A DNA stretch of 62,540 bases, the filler included, from Thermodesulfobacteriota bacterium (GTDB lineage Bacteria; DASVDK01): the NCBI GenBank assembly GCA_036381125.1. It is 4 parts of 4 records of this genome, joined end to end, with 100 filler letters (N's around TTAATTAATTAA, not from the genome) between each part and the next. Parts side by side here need not be neighbours in the genome. Positions count along the whole stretch, not along the records: positions 1 to 21,860 come from DASVDK010000221.1; 3 more parts are not named here. One strand, given 5' to 3'. Below are positions 10,648 through 19,077 of the stretch, one piece after another; the stretch's first letter is position 1; the number at the start of each line of letters is the position of its first letter. Under the pieces are notes generated by a model. That model saw only the letters and a list, made by a program, of their open reading frames with translations. It was not told the origin of the DNA and did not search any database. The translations under genes were made by a program, and so were the position numbers.

Positions 10648-10703
10648 GCTGCAGATGCAGCCAGGAGAACTGGAAGATCAGGCTTGACGAAGCTCGAGGA
10701 AGA

Positions 10704-10805
10704 CTAGACGCCGCCGCCGCCCTCCGCGAGCGCCGGCAGCACGTACGCGGCAACCGTGGCGCCCGTAACGAACAGCGTGACGAGAACTCTGCGCAGACCC
10801 TTCAT
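10704..10805 (-). CDS. Unannotated 33-aa secreted peptide precursor MKGLRRVLVTLFVTGATVAAYVLPALA-EGGGGV
   Basis: GGGGAGG SD upstream of ATG; basic n-region, hydrophobic h-region, Pro then A-L-A signal peptidase site; flanked by its own sigma54 promoter and terminator; below the ORF-track length cutoff. Confidence 0.8.
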   Translation of the reverse strand: MKGLRRVLVTLFVTGATVAAYVLPALAEGGGGV

Positions 10806-10865
10806 CTCTCAACCCTCCCCAGGAAGCCATGCACGTGGAGCAAACCGGAATCGCCCACTGGCCTG

Positions 10866-10881
10866 AGCAAGGAGGGTGCCA
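10866..10881 (-). promoter_or_regulatory. sigma54 (-24/-12) promoter of the peptide gene
   Basis: TGGCACCCTCCTTGCT is a perfect TGGCAC-N5-TTGCW match; predicted TSS ~10855. Confidence 0.85.
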
Positions 10882-10918
10882 CCATTGCCGCGCCGCACCA
10901 TGGCGGGCAGGACGTCCG

Positions 10919-10931
10919 TAAACTATTGTTA
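10919..10931 (-). promoter_or_regulatory. Putative IHF binding site upstream of the sigma54 promoter
   Basis: TAACAATAGTTTA, one mismatch to WATCAA-N4-TTR, inside an isolated AT-rich patch. Confidence 0.55.
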
Positions 10932-11113
10932 TATCTATGGATTCTCCGAGCGGTGCCGAAGGCCGCCCGATGGCCGGGGTGCGAGGTGCCCAGCCGCCCG
11001 TGCAGCCCCCCTCGGCCGGACGCCTGGCCCGTACGCGAATCGCCGCGCCACGCGTGCTCCAGCGCACAACTGCCACGGAAACTGTGCAATGCCCTGTGGA
11101 GTGTGCAGCCGTG

Positions 11114-12613
11114 TCAGCGGAGGACTGGCGGGACCGGAACGGCCGGCGTGTCCTCGTCGTCGGGGTCGGCTTCGCCCGGCCCGAGGGTCCGTCGGTCGGC
11201 CGTCGAGAGCGCCTCGGCGCGGCGGCGGCGGCCGATCTCGCCGAGGTCTTCCCGGATGCCCAGCTCGTCGAGCTTGGCCATGAGGGTATTGCGGTGGATG
11301 CCGAGGATCTGTGCGGCCCGGCTCTGGTTGCCGCCGGTGTCCTCGAGGATGCGCAGGATGTAGCGCCGCTCGAAGCTCTCCCGCGCCTCCTTGAGCGTCC
11401 AGCGCTCGCCGGCGTCGGTTGCCGGCAGCTCGACGGCGCGGTCGAACAGCTCGGCCGGCAGCTCCTTGACGGTGATGAGCTGCTCGCCCGGGGCGAGGAC
11501 GACGAGGCGCTCGACCATGTTCTCGAGCTCGCGGATGTTCCCCGGCCAGGCGTACCGGCAGAGCACGTCCATGGCCTTGGCCGAGAAGCCGGGCACGCGC
11601 TTGCGGAAGCTCCGGGTGAAGCGCCCGAGGAAGTGCTCGGCGAGGAGCGGGATGTCCCCTCGCCGCTCCCTGAGGGGCGGCAGCGAGATCGGCACCACGT
11701 TGAGCCTGAAGTAGAGGTCGCTGCGGAAGAGCCCCCGGCGAACCGCCTCGGCGAGGTCGGTGTTCGTGGCGGACACGATCCGCACGTCCACCGGGATGGT
11801 CCGCGGGCTGCCGACCCGCTGGATCTCGCGCTCCTGCAGGACGCGCAGGAGCTTGGCCTGCAGGCTCATGGGGAGGGTCGCGATCTCGTCCAGGAACAGG
11901 GTGCCGCCGTGCGCGAACTCGAACTTGCCGATCTTGCGCTCGTACGCGCCGGTGAACGCCCCCTTCTCGTGGCCGAAGAACTCGCTCTCCATCAGCTCCT
12001 GCGGGATGGCGGCGCAGTTGACGGCCACGAAGGGCGCCGCCCGGCGCGGGCTCTCGCGGTGGATCGACCGGGCGATCAGCTCCTTGCCCGTCCCGCTCTC
12101 GCCCGTGATGAGCACGCTCGAGGTCGTCTGGGCCACCTTCCGCACGAGGCCGAAGATCTCGAGCATGCGGGGATCGCGCGAGACGATGTCGCCGAAGGTG
12201 CGGCCGGCAAGCTCGCTCCTGAGGAACGCGACCTCCCGCTCGAGGGCCTGCTTGGCGATGATCTTCTCGGACAGGGCGAGGAGGTCGTCCGGCGCGAAGG
12301 GCTTGACCAGGTAGTCGTAGGCCCCGAGCTTCATCGCCGCCACGGCCTTCTCGGCCGTGTTGACCGCCGACACCATCACCACCTCGACCGAGGGGTCGAG
12401 CATCTTGATGTCGGAGAGGACGGCGAGCCCGTCCCGGCCCGGCATGGTGATGTCCAGGAAGACGATGTTGACCGTGACGGTGCGCAGGACCTCGAGGGCG
12501 TCGCGGCCGTTCTCGGCCGAGAAGGTCTGGTAGTGATCCTCGAGCGTCAGCTCGATGGCCTGGCGAACGGCGGGCTCGTCGTCGACGACGAGGACGACGG
12601 GCTTGAGGTCCAT
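11114..12613 (-). CDS. sigma54-dependent response regulator (REC-AAA+-Fis HTH, NtrC/AtoC family)
   Basis: REC (VVDDE...FLDITMPG), GESGTGKE, ESEFFGHEKGAFTGA, FLDEI, WPGNIRELEN, HTH NQSRAAQILGIHRNTL. Confidence 0.96.
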   Translation of the reverse strand: MDLKPVVLVVDDEPAVRQAIELTLEDHYQTFSAENGRDALEVLRTVTVNIVFLDITMPGRDGLAVLSDIKMLDPSVEVVMVSAVNTAEKAVAAMKLGAYDYLVKPFAPDDLLALSEKIIAKQALEREVAFLRSELAGRTFGDIVSRDPRMLEIFGLVRKVAQTTSSVLITGESGTGKELIARSIHRESPRRAAPFVAVNCAAIPQELMESEFFGHEKGAFTGAYERKIGKFEFAHGGTLFLDEIATLPMSLQAKLLRVLQEREIQRVGSPRTIPVDVRIVSATNTDLAEAVRRGLFRSDLYFRLNVVPISLPPLRERRGDIPLLAEHFLGRFTRSFRKRVPGFSAKAMDVLCRYAWPGNIRELENMVERLVVLAPGEQLITVKELPAELFDRAVELPATDAGERWTLKEARESFERRYILRILEDTGGNQSRAAQILGIHRNTLMAKLDELGIREDLGEIGRRRRAEALSTADRRTLGPGEADPDDEDTPAVPVPPVLR

Positions 12614-12620
12614 GGAGAAG

Positions 12621-12649
12621 GGATTACCGCGGCCCCCAGGGGCTGTCAA
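12621..12649 (-). promoter_or_regulatory. Putative sigma70 promoter, 7 nt before the activator ATG (leaderless)
   Basis: TTGACA-N17-TAATCC-cttctcc-ATG. Confidence 0.55.
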
Positions 12650-14822
12650 ACGCGGGCAGGCGGACCCGGAAGACCGTCCCCTGCGCCAGCTCGCTCTCCA
12701 CCGTCACGGTCCCCCCGTGGGCCTCGACGATCTTCTTCACGATGGCGAGCCCGAGCCCGGTGCCGCCGTGCTTCCGGGTGGAGGATCCGTCCACCTGATA
12801 GAAGCGATCGAAGATCTTCGGCAGGTGCTCGGGCGGGATGCCGATGCCGTCGTCGGCCACCGCGATCTCCACCTCGTGCGCCGCGTGCCCCACCGCGTCG
12901 GCCGGCAGGATGGCGGCCCCCGCCCCGCTCGCGACGAGATCGGGTGCCAGCGCCTCGGTCGGCGCCGCGGCCACGGCCCGCACCGTGAGCGTGACGTGCC
13001 CGCCGGCCGGGGTGAACTTCACGGCGTTGCGCAGGAGGTTGGTCACCACCTGCATGAGCTTCGCCCGCTCCCCCCGGATGTCGGGGAGCCCTCGCGGCAC
13101 CGTGAGCGCCAGCTCGACCCCCTTCTGCTTGGCCAGCGGCTGGACCTCCCCGAGGCTGCTCTCCACCAGCTCGCCGGTCGTGACCCGCTCGAGCCTCGGG
13201 ACGTACTTGCCGACCTCGAGCCGCGTCAGCTCGAGGAGGTCCTCGATCAGGGTCTTGAGCCGGTCGGTGCTCTTGCGCATGGCCATCATGCAGTCGAGCT
13301 GGGCCGCGTTGAGCTCGCCGATCTCCTGGCTCACGAGGAGGTCGAGGTAGCCGACGATCGGCGAGATCGGCGTGATCAGCTCGTGGGAGATGTTCTGGAT
13401 GAACTCCCCCTTGAGCCGGTCGAGCTCCTTCAGCTCGTCGTGCGCCCGCGTCAGGTTCGAGAAGAGCTGCGCGTTCTCGAGGGCCACGGCGGCCTGGTTG
13501 GCGAGCGTGCCGAGCGTCTCGAGGTCCTCGCTCGAGTACGGGGTGCCGTCCGCGCGGGCGCCGAGGGCGAGGACGCCCGAGAGCCGGTCCTTGACCGCGA
13601 GGACGACCCCCACCTGCGCGTCGTTGGCCTCGAGCCAGGTCCCCTGCGCGACGCGCCGCGCGTCGGCGATCGGGCTCAGGAGGTCCTGGCGCACGAGGAT
13701 CCGCTCGGCCCCGCTGAAGCGCCGCTCCCACCCCTCGGGCTGGGGTGCGAGCGGCCTCAGGCCGACGCCGGCCTCGTACACGACCCCCGGCTCGCGATCG
13801 CCGATGAGCGCGAGCACGACACGCGGGCTCTCCATGGCGCGGCTCACCGTCTCCACGATCTTGCCGAGCAGCGTCCCGAGGTCGAGGATCGTCGTCATGG
13901 ACCGCGAGAGGTCGCGCAGGCTCTCGAGGTAGGCGTAGCGGCGGCGGAAGAGCGTCTGCTCGATCGTCTGCTCGGTCTTGAGCTTGAGGCTCGGGAAGAG
14001 GAGCGCGATGAAGAGGAACAGGACCGACATGACGAGCGAGAAGAGCAGGTTCACCTGGCCGAAGAAGAGCTGCTGCGCGATGATCGCGACGCCGAACGCC
14101 GGCAGGATCACGAGCACGGCCAGCGCCGTGAGGGTCAGCGACTTCTTGAGCACCAGCGTGATGTCCATGAGCTGGTACTTGAGGATCGCGTAGCCGAGCA
14201 CGGCGCAGTACAGGAACATGAAGTAGTTCCCGTACGGCACGATGTGGATCCCGAACATCGGGAGGAAGTTGGTCGACCCCCCGGCGAACCCGATCGCCGA
14301 CCCGACGATGACGTAGCGCGTCTGCGCCTTCTTGAGGCCGGTGACCTCGATGTGCGCGCGGACGAGCTGGAGCGTCGCCTGCGCGACGATGAAGACGTAG
14401 AAGGTGAGGAACACCGGGTAGAGCGGGCCGGCCTGCGGGAAGAAGGCGAACTCGCTGACCCGGTCGACGCGCGGGATGAAGGGGGGCGTCAGGGCCAGCA
14501 CGAAGAAGAGCACCGAGCAGACGTACGACGCGTCGAGCAGCCGGCTCTCCTCCCGCCGGCCGGTGAGCACCATGATGAAGTGCAGGTAGAGGGTCGGGAT
14601 GAAGGCCGCGGCCAGGTGGGCGAAGCGGCTCCACCAGAGCGCCGCCCCGGGGCTGTCCGCCAGGCTGTGCAGGAAGAGCGCCAGCGACCAGAGGCCGACG
14701 ACGGCCGACAGGAGCGAGAAGACCCGGTTCAGGCGGCTCTTGGCGTTCCGCCAGAAGACGAACGTCCCCAGCGCGATGCAGGAGATCGCCGTGAGCAGCG
14801 TCGAGGCGGAGTAGACGATCAC
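12624..14822 (-). CDS. Membrane sensor histidine kinase (multi-TM HisKA_7TM-like N-terminus, GAF, HisKA, HATPase)
   Basis: ~280 aa polytopic N-terminus; GAF (YSSEDLETLGTLANQAAVALENAQL); H-box ISHELITP; NLLRNAVKFT, DDGIGI, GGTGLGL; GGAGG SD before GTG. Confidence 0.93.
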   Translation of the reverse strand: MIVYSASTLLTAISCIALGTFVFWRNAKSRLNRVFSLLSAVVGLWSLALFLHSLADSPGAALWWSRFAHLAAAFIPTLYLHFIMVLTGRREESRLLDASYVCSVLFFVLALTPPFIPRVDRVSEFAFFPQAGPLYPVFLTFYVFIVAQATLQLVRAHIEVTGLKKAQTRYVIVGSAIGFAGGSTNFLPMFGIHIVPYGNYFMFLYCAVLGYAILKYQLMDITLVLKKSLTLTALAVLVILPAFGVAIIAQQLFFGQVNLLFSLVMSVLFLFIALLFPSLKLKTEQTIEQTLFRRRYAYLESLRDLSRSMTTILDLGTLLGKIVETVSRAMESPRVVLALIGDREPGVVYEAGVGLRPLAPQPEGWERRFSGAERILVRQDLLSPIADARRVAQGTWLEANDAQVGVVLAVKDRLSGVLALGARADGTPYSSEDLETLGTLANQAAVALENAQLFSNLTRAHDELKELDRLKGEFIQNISHELITPISPIVGYLDLLVSQEIGELNAAQLDCMMAMRKSTDRLKTLIEDLLELTRLEVGKYVPRLERVTTGELVESSLGEVQPLAKQKGVELALTVPRGLPDIRGERAKLMQVVTNLLRNAVKFTPAGGHVTLTVRAVAAAPTEALAPDLVASGAGAAILPADAVGHAAHEVEIAVADDGIGIPPEHLPKIFDRFYQVDGSSTRKHGGTGLGLAIVKKIVEAHGGTVTVESELAQGTVFRVRLPAFDSPWGPR

Positions 14823-14873
14823 GGCCGGCCCTCCGTCGTGTCCGTGCCCGTCACATGGCCGCCATCATAGCGA

Positions 14874-15602
14874 CTAGGCGATCTCCTGGGGATCGGGGTG
14901 CCCGGCGGGCGCGGCGACGGCGCGCTTGGGCATCGGCCAGAACGCCCAGTTCTCCCGCTGGAAGCGCCGGTAGTCCTCGCCGAAGAGCTCGAGCAGGCGG
15001 CGCTCCTCGAGGTAGCTGCGCAGGACCTGGAGGTTCACGTTGACCAGCAGCGCGAAGACGAGCGTGTACCAGGAGTTGGTCGCCAGCGGGATCCCCACCA
15101 CCTCGAGGAAGACGCCGCAGTAGATCGGGTGCCGCATGAGCCGGTAGGGCCCGGTGCGGACGAGCCGCCGGGGCACGTGCAGCTTGTTCTCGCCGAGGAT
15201 GTGGATGCCCCACTGGGGCCCCAGCGTGATCATCCCCCACCAGCGCAGCACGAAGGCCAGGCCGTAGAGGAGGAGCCCCGCCGCCGTGGCCGGCCAGAGG
15301 ATCGCCCGCTCCATGAAGAAGAACTCGAAGGTCGTGCCGTACATCATGATGATGTAGGCGGCCGACACGGCGGCGAGCGACCAGTCGCCGGACAGCGTGC
15401 GCGGCTCCCGTTCGTTCGTCGTGAAGAAGTTCTCCCAGAGCCGCTCGCTGCCGGCGAAGAGCAGGAAGAAGGTGAAGAACGTGTACGAGTGCTCGCGCCG
15501 CGTCGAGTACTGGGAGAAGTGCAGGTAGATGACGATCGCGAGCCCCACGATGGACACGAGGATCAGGAGCGGGATGACGTTGAGTCGACGAAGCGGTCTC
15601 AT
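14874..15602 (-). CDS. Isoprenylcysteine carboxyl methyltransferase (ICMT/PEMT) family membrane protein
   Basis: Multiple TMs; LVRTGPYRLMRHPIYCG and EERRLLELFGEDYRRF motifs; ATGA overlap with the ketosynthase stop. Confidence 0.88.
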   Translation of the reverse strand: MRPLRRLNVIPLLILVSIVGLAIVIYLHFSQYSTRREHSYTFFTFFLLFAGSERLWENFFTTNEREPRTLSGDWSLAAVSAAYIIMMYGTTFEFFFMERAILWPATAAGLLLYGLAFVLRWWGMITLGPQWGIHILGENKLHVPRRLVRTGPYRLMRHPIYCGVFLEVVGIPLATNSWYTLVFALLVNVNLQVLRSYLEERRLLELFGEDYRRFQRENWAFWPMPKRAVAAPAGHPDPQEIA

Positions 15603-16882
15603 GCGCTCCTCGCACCGTTGCGGCGCACGATGAGGGTCACGTTGCTGCCCCCGTAGCCGAACGCGTTGGCGAGAACCGTCCGGAGCCCCGGGGCCGGGCG
15701 GGCCTCGCCGGCGACCACGTGGACGTCGCAGTCCGGATCGGGGTCCTCGAAGTTGATCGTGGGGGTGATGACGCCGTGCTCGAGCATGAGGGCGCTGGCG
15801 ATGACCTGCAGCGCGCCCCCTGCCGCGAACGGCTGCCCCACCATCGACTTGATCGACGTGACCGGGACGGTGGCGCCCCGCGGACCGAAGACCTCGCGGA
15901 TGGCCGAGCACTCGTTCCGGTCGGTGAGCGGGATCGAGCCCGCGTGCGCGTTCACGAGGTCCACGTCGTCGGGCCCGAGGCCCGCGCTTTCGAGCGCGAG
16001 CGACATGCAGCGCGCGAAGCCGTCGCCGTGCGGGTCGACGCGGATCATCTCGTACGCGTTGGCCGTCGTCGCGTAGCCGGCGACCTCGGCGTAGACGTGG
16101 GCGCCGCGCGCGAGCGCCCGATCGAGCGCCTCGAGCACGACGACGCCGGCCGCCTCCGCCATGACGAGGCCGTCGCGCCCCCGGTCGAACGGCCTCGAGG
16201 CGCGCTCCGGCTCGTCGTTGCGCGTCGACAGGATCCGCGCGCTGGCGCCCGAGCCGATGCCGAACGGCGTGACCGGCGCCTCCGCGCCGCCCGCGAGCAT
16301 CGCGTCGGCCAGGCCGCTCGCGACCGCCTCGGCCGCCCATCCGATCGCGTTCGAGCCGGCCGAGCAGCCGGTCGACATCGTCATGAGCGGCCCCTTCGCG
16401 CCGCTCCGGATCGAGATCAGGCCGGCGGCCGCGTTCGGGAAGGCCGCCTCGAGGATCCAGGGGGGCAGCCGCCTGAGCCCCCGCTCGAGGTAGAGCGAGT
16501 AGGCGTACTCCGTGATGTCGAGCTGGCTCGTGCCGACCCCCATGGCGACGCCGACACGCGTGGCGTCCGCCGGGTCGATCGCGAACTTCGCGTCGGCCAT
16601 GGCGAGGGTCGCCGCCGCGGCGGCCAGGTGCACGGCCCGCCCCGAGCGGCGCAGCGTGACCGGGTCGAGGAACGCGGCCGGGTCGAAGTCACGGATCTCC
16701 CCGGCGATCCGGCAGGCGAGCCCCGAGGCGTCGAACCGCGTGATCGGGCCGATGCCGCTGCGTCCCGATACGAGCCCGGTCCAGAACGCGTCGCGCCCGA
16801 CGCCGATCGGCGTGACGGGGCCGAGCCCCGTGATGGCGACCCGCCGCCGCGCCGCACGCCGACCGTTGCCGTTGACCCCCAC
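15599..16882 (-). CDS. Beta-ketoacyl synthase (FabF-like) with Cys-His-Gln triad
   Basis: RRVAITGLGPVTPIG, STGCSAG, SRPFDRGRDG, NAHAGS, KSMVGQPFAAGG, NAFGYGGSN. Confidence 0.9.
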   Translation of the reverse strand: MGVNGNGRRAARRRVAITGLGPVTPIGVGRDAFWTGLVSGRSGIGPITRFDASGLACRIAGEIRDFDPAAFLDPVTLRRSGRAVHLAAAAATLAMADAKFAIDPADATRVGVAMGVGTSQLDITEYAYSLYLERGLRRLPPWILEAAFPNAAAGLISIRSGAKGPLMTMSTGCSAGSNAIGWAAEAVASGLADAMLAGGAEAPVTPFGIGSGASARILSTRNDEPERASRPFDRGRDGLVMAEAAGVVVLEALDRALARGAHVYAEVAGYATTANAYEMIRVDPHGDGFARCMSLALESAGLGPDDVDLVNAHAGSIPLTDRNECSAIREVFGPRGATVPVTSIKSMVGQPFAAGGALQVIASALMLEHGVITPTINFEDPDPDCDVHVVAGEARPAPGLRTVLANAFGYGGSNVTLIVRRNGARSA

Positions 16883-16958
16883 CGACGCTCACCCCCTTGG
16901 CGTCGACGCGCCGGCGGGCCCGATCGGGCCTCCGCCGGTCGATTCCGCAAGCCGAGGC

Positions 16959-16987
16959 ACGCTACCGGAGCCGGCCCGACCAGGCAA
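16959..16987 (-). promoter_or_regulatory. Putative sigma70 promoter of the KS-ICMT operon
   Basis: TTGCCT-N17-TAGCGT with an AT-rich GAAAATTTTC element just upstream. Confidence 0.5.
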
Positions 16988-17042
16988 GGAAAATTTTCGG
17001 CGGACGGGTCACATGAACCCATCTCGGGCTGCCGTGCCCGCT

Positions 17043-17690
17043 TCAGCGGTGCGCGCGGCCGCAGCGCGTGTCGGGCGCCGCCGCCGCGAAGGGCCCGACT
17101 GCCGCCGCCGTGGACGGGCCGACCCCCGGCACACGGACGAGCGCCTGCACGGACGTGAAGGGGCCGCGCCTGGCGCGGTCGGCCACGATCCGCGCGGCCA
17201 GGACCGGTCCGATCCCCGGCAGACGGTCGAGGTCGGCCGCGGCATCGGCGTTGAGGTCGAGCGGCAGGCCGAGCCGCAGCCGCCGGACCGCCGGCATGCA
17301 GCCGAGCGCCGCGCGGCCGGTCGGCGTGACGAGGAGGCGGGAGCCGGGCAGCAGCCTCGCCCGGGCGCTCCGCGAACCCGCCACCGGCGTCCCGGCCGGC
17401 AGGCCCGCCGCGGCGAGGAGGTCGGCGAGCCGCGCGCCGGCCGGCAGCGCCACCAGGCGGGGCCGGTCCCCGACCCGAACGACGTCGACCAGGATGCGCA
17501 TGGGGTCCGGTTCGAGGAGTGGGGCTGCGGCGCGGGAGTTCCGGGATGCCGGCGCCACTGCGGTCTGGAGTGGCGGCCGCCTCGCCCCGTCGCTCGATCC
17601 CCAGCCGGCGGCGGCCCGCCACCCGGCCGCGGCGCCGAGGATCGCCAGCGTCAGCGCCGCCGCCGCACCGATCGGTCCCGACCAGGCCAT
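17043..17690 (-). CDS. ComEA-family helix-hairpin-helix DNA-binding protein
   Basis: N-terminal TM; LDLNADAAADLDRLPGIGPVLAARIV...GPFTSVQALVRVPGVG HhH repeats. Confidence 0.82.
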   Translation of the reverse strand: MAWSGPIGAAAALTLAILGAAAGWRAAAGWGSSDGARRPPLQTAVAPASRNSRAAAPLLEPDPMRILVDVVRVGDRPRLVALPAGARLADLLAAAGLPAGTPVAGSRSARARLLPGSRLLVTPTGRAALGCMPAVRRLRLGLPLDLNADAAADLDRLPGIGPVLAARIVADRARRGPFTSVQALVRVPGVGPSTAAAVGPFAAAAPDTRCGRAHR

Positions 17691-17908
17691 CTCCCCTCCC
17701 CCGCCCCGGACGCCGAGGTGCCATCCGAGCGGTCGGAAGAGTGGAGGAGAACCGCTCCGTGCGAGAGTCTACCTCTCGCGGGCGCCGCTCGGCGACGGCC
17801 CCTGCGGCGGCGGGCTCTCGCCCCAGTACCACCCGAACGCCGGCGAGCCGTCGACGACGGTGCTCGTTGCACTCATCGGCGAGGCCAGCGCGCACGGGCT
17901 CACGCGCT

Positions 17909-18505
17909 TCAGTTGCATGGCGGCACGTCGCCGAAGAGTGCGGTGGCAAGATCGCCGGGTACACGATCCAGGCGGCGTTGCAGGTGCCTGGGGAGCCGGA
18001 GGCACTCCTGGTTCACCAGGCGGACCAGGTTCCGGATCCTGAGCCACTCGCGTCGGGACCAGCCCGATGGCCCGCTGGACCACGAGAGTACCGCCTGGAT
18101 CCCCATGATCTGCTCCGCCCACTCTTCTTCGGTCAGGATCTCCTTGTCCGGGTAGGGGTTGCTCTTCGGATCCCGAAGCTGCGGCACGATCGGCTTGCCG
18201 ATCTCGAACGGCTGGAGGCGAATCACCCGGCCGTTCATGGCCGCTCGGCGCGAGGCCGCCTCCCGCGGGTTGAAGCGTGGCCCGTAGCCGAACTCGGGAT
18301 CCTGATAGTTCGCGAACGACTCGGGCCAGTAGCCGGGCTTGAAGATGACCAGTCCAGGGTCGTACAGGTCGAGCCACTTGAACCAGGGGCGCCACTTCGG
18401 CCCCCACCCCGGAATCCGATAGCGCCCCTGGGCATCGGTCACCGCCTCGCGCACCTCGAGCCGCTCCTTCGCGTGGCCTTCCAGCGGCTGCGCGAGGACC
18501 CACTA
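17909..18505 (-). pseudogene. 5'-truncated exported/carboxypeptidase-regulatory-like domain protein remnant
   Basis: WVLAQPLEGHAKERLEVREAVTDAQGRYRIPGW...IFKPGY is preceded by an in-frame TAG (18503-18505); no proper start or signal sequence. Confidence 0.5.
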
Positions 18506-19077
18506 CGCAGACGCCGTATACCCGCAGGACCGACCAGCTCGACGACCGCTCTGGCACCGCCGACCCAGAGGCCGCCTTCAGAGGCGCCGCTCGCCGCACG
18601 CGACATTATGCGATTGGATGGATAGTGACTGGAACGGCCATGACGAACAGAATGGTGGCAATGAAACGGTCTTGCAGGCCACTGAACACGACGCGCACCT
18701 TCGAATGCGTACTTCGCGATCGACCTGTGACGAGTCACATATCGACGTGACTGATCTGAGAAGAAACCTCTCGGGGCTGCGTTAGATTCTCAATAGCTAT
18801 TCTGCTCGTCGAGCAGCCGGATGCACAGGGCATCAGGACATGATCGCGCGGATCGGTCCTCCTGGCTCGGGAAGCGTGGATCCTGCGGGATAGGCTGGTC
18901 GGACAGCATCCGAAACCAGGACAGCCGTGTCCCCGGCTCCAGGCGCGTGGAGGAACGCCTCGCCGCGTAGCCCCGGAGCGCATGGTACTCACGTCTCCGG
19001 TCATGCGGATAGGGGAGCGCGCCACCGCTGCGGGACAATCCCGCAGTAGGTCGCGGCGGCCTCGGTGAAGCCGCCGC

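Noticed and set aside
10678-11089. ORF-track ORFs 10678..11076 and 10802..11089
   Set aside because: No recognisable protein features; they overlap the sigma54 promoter and IHF region, and the 33-aa ORF has much better SD, promoter and terminator support.
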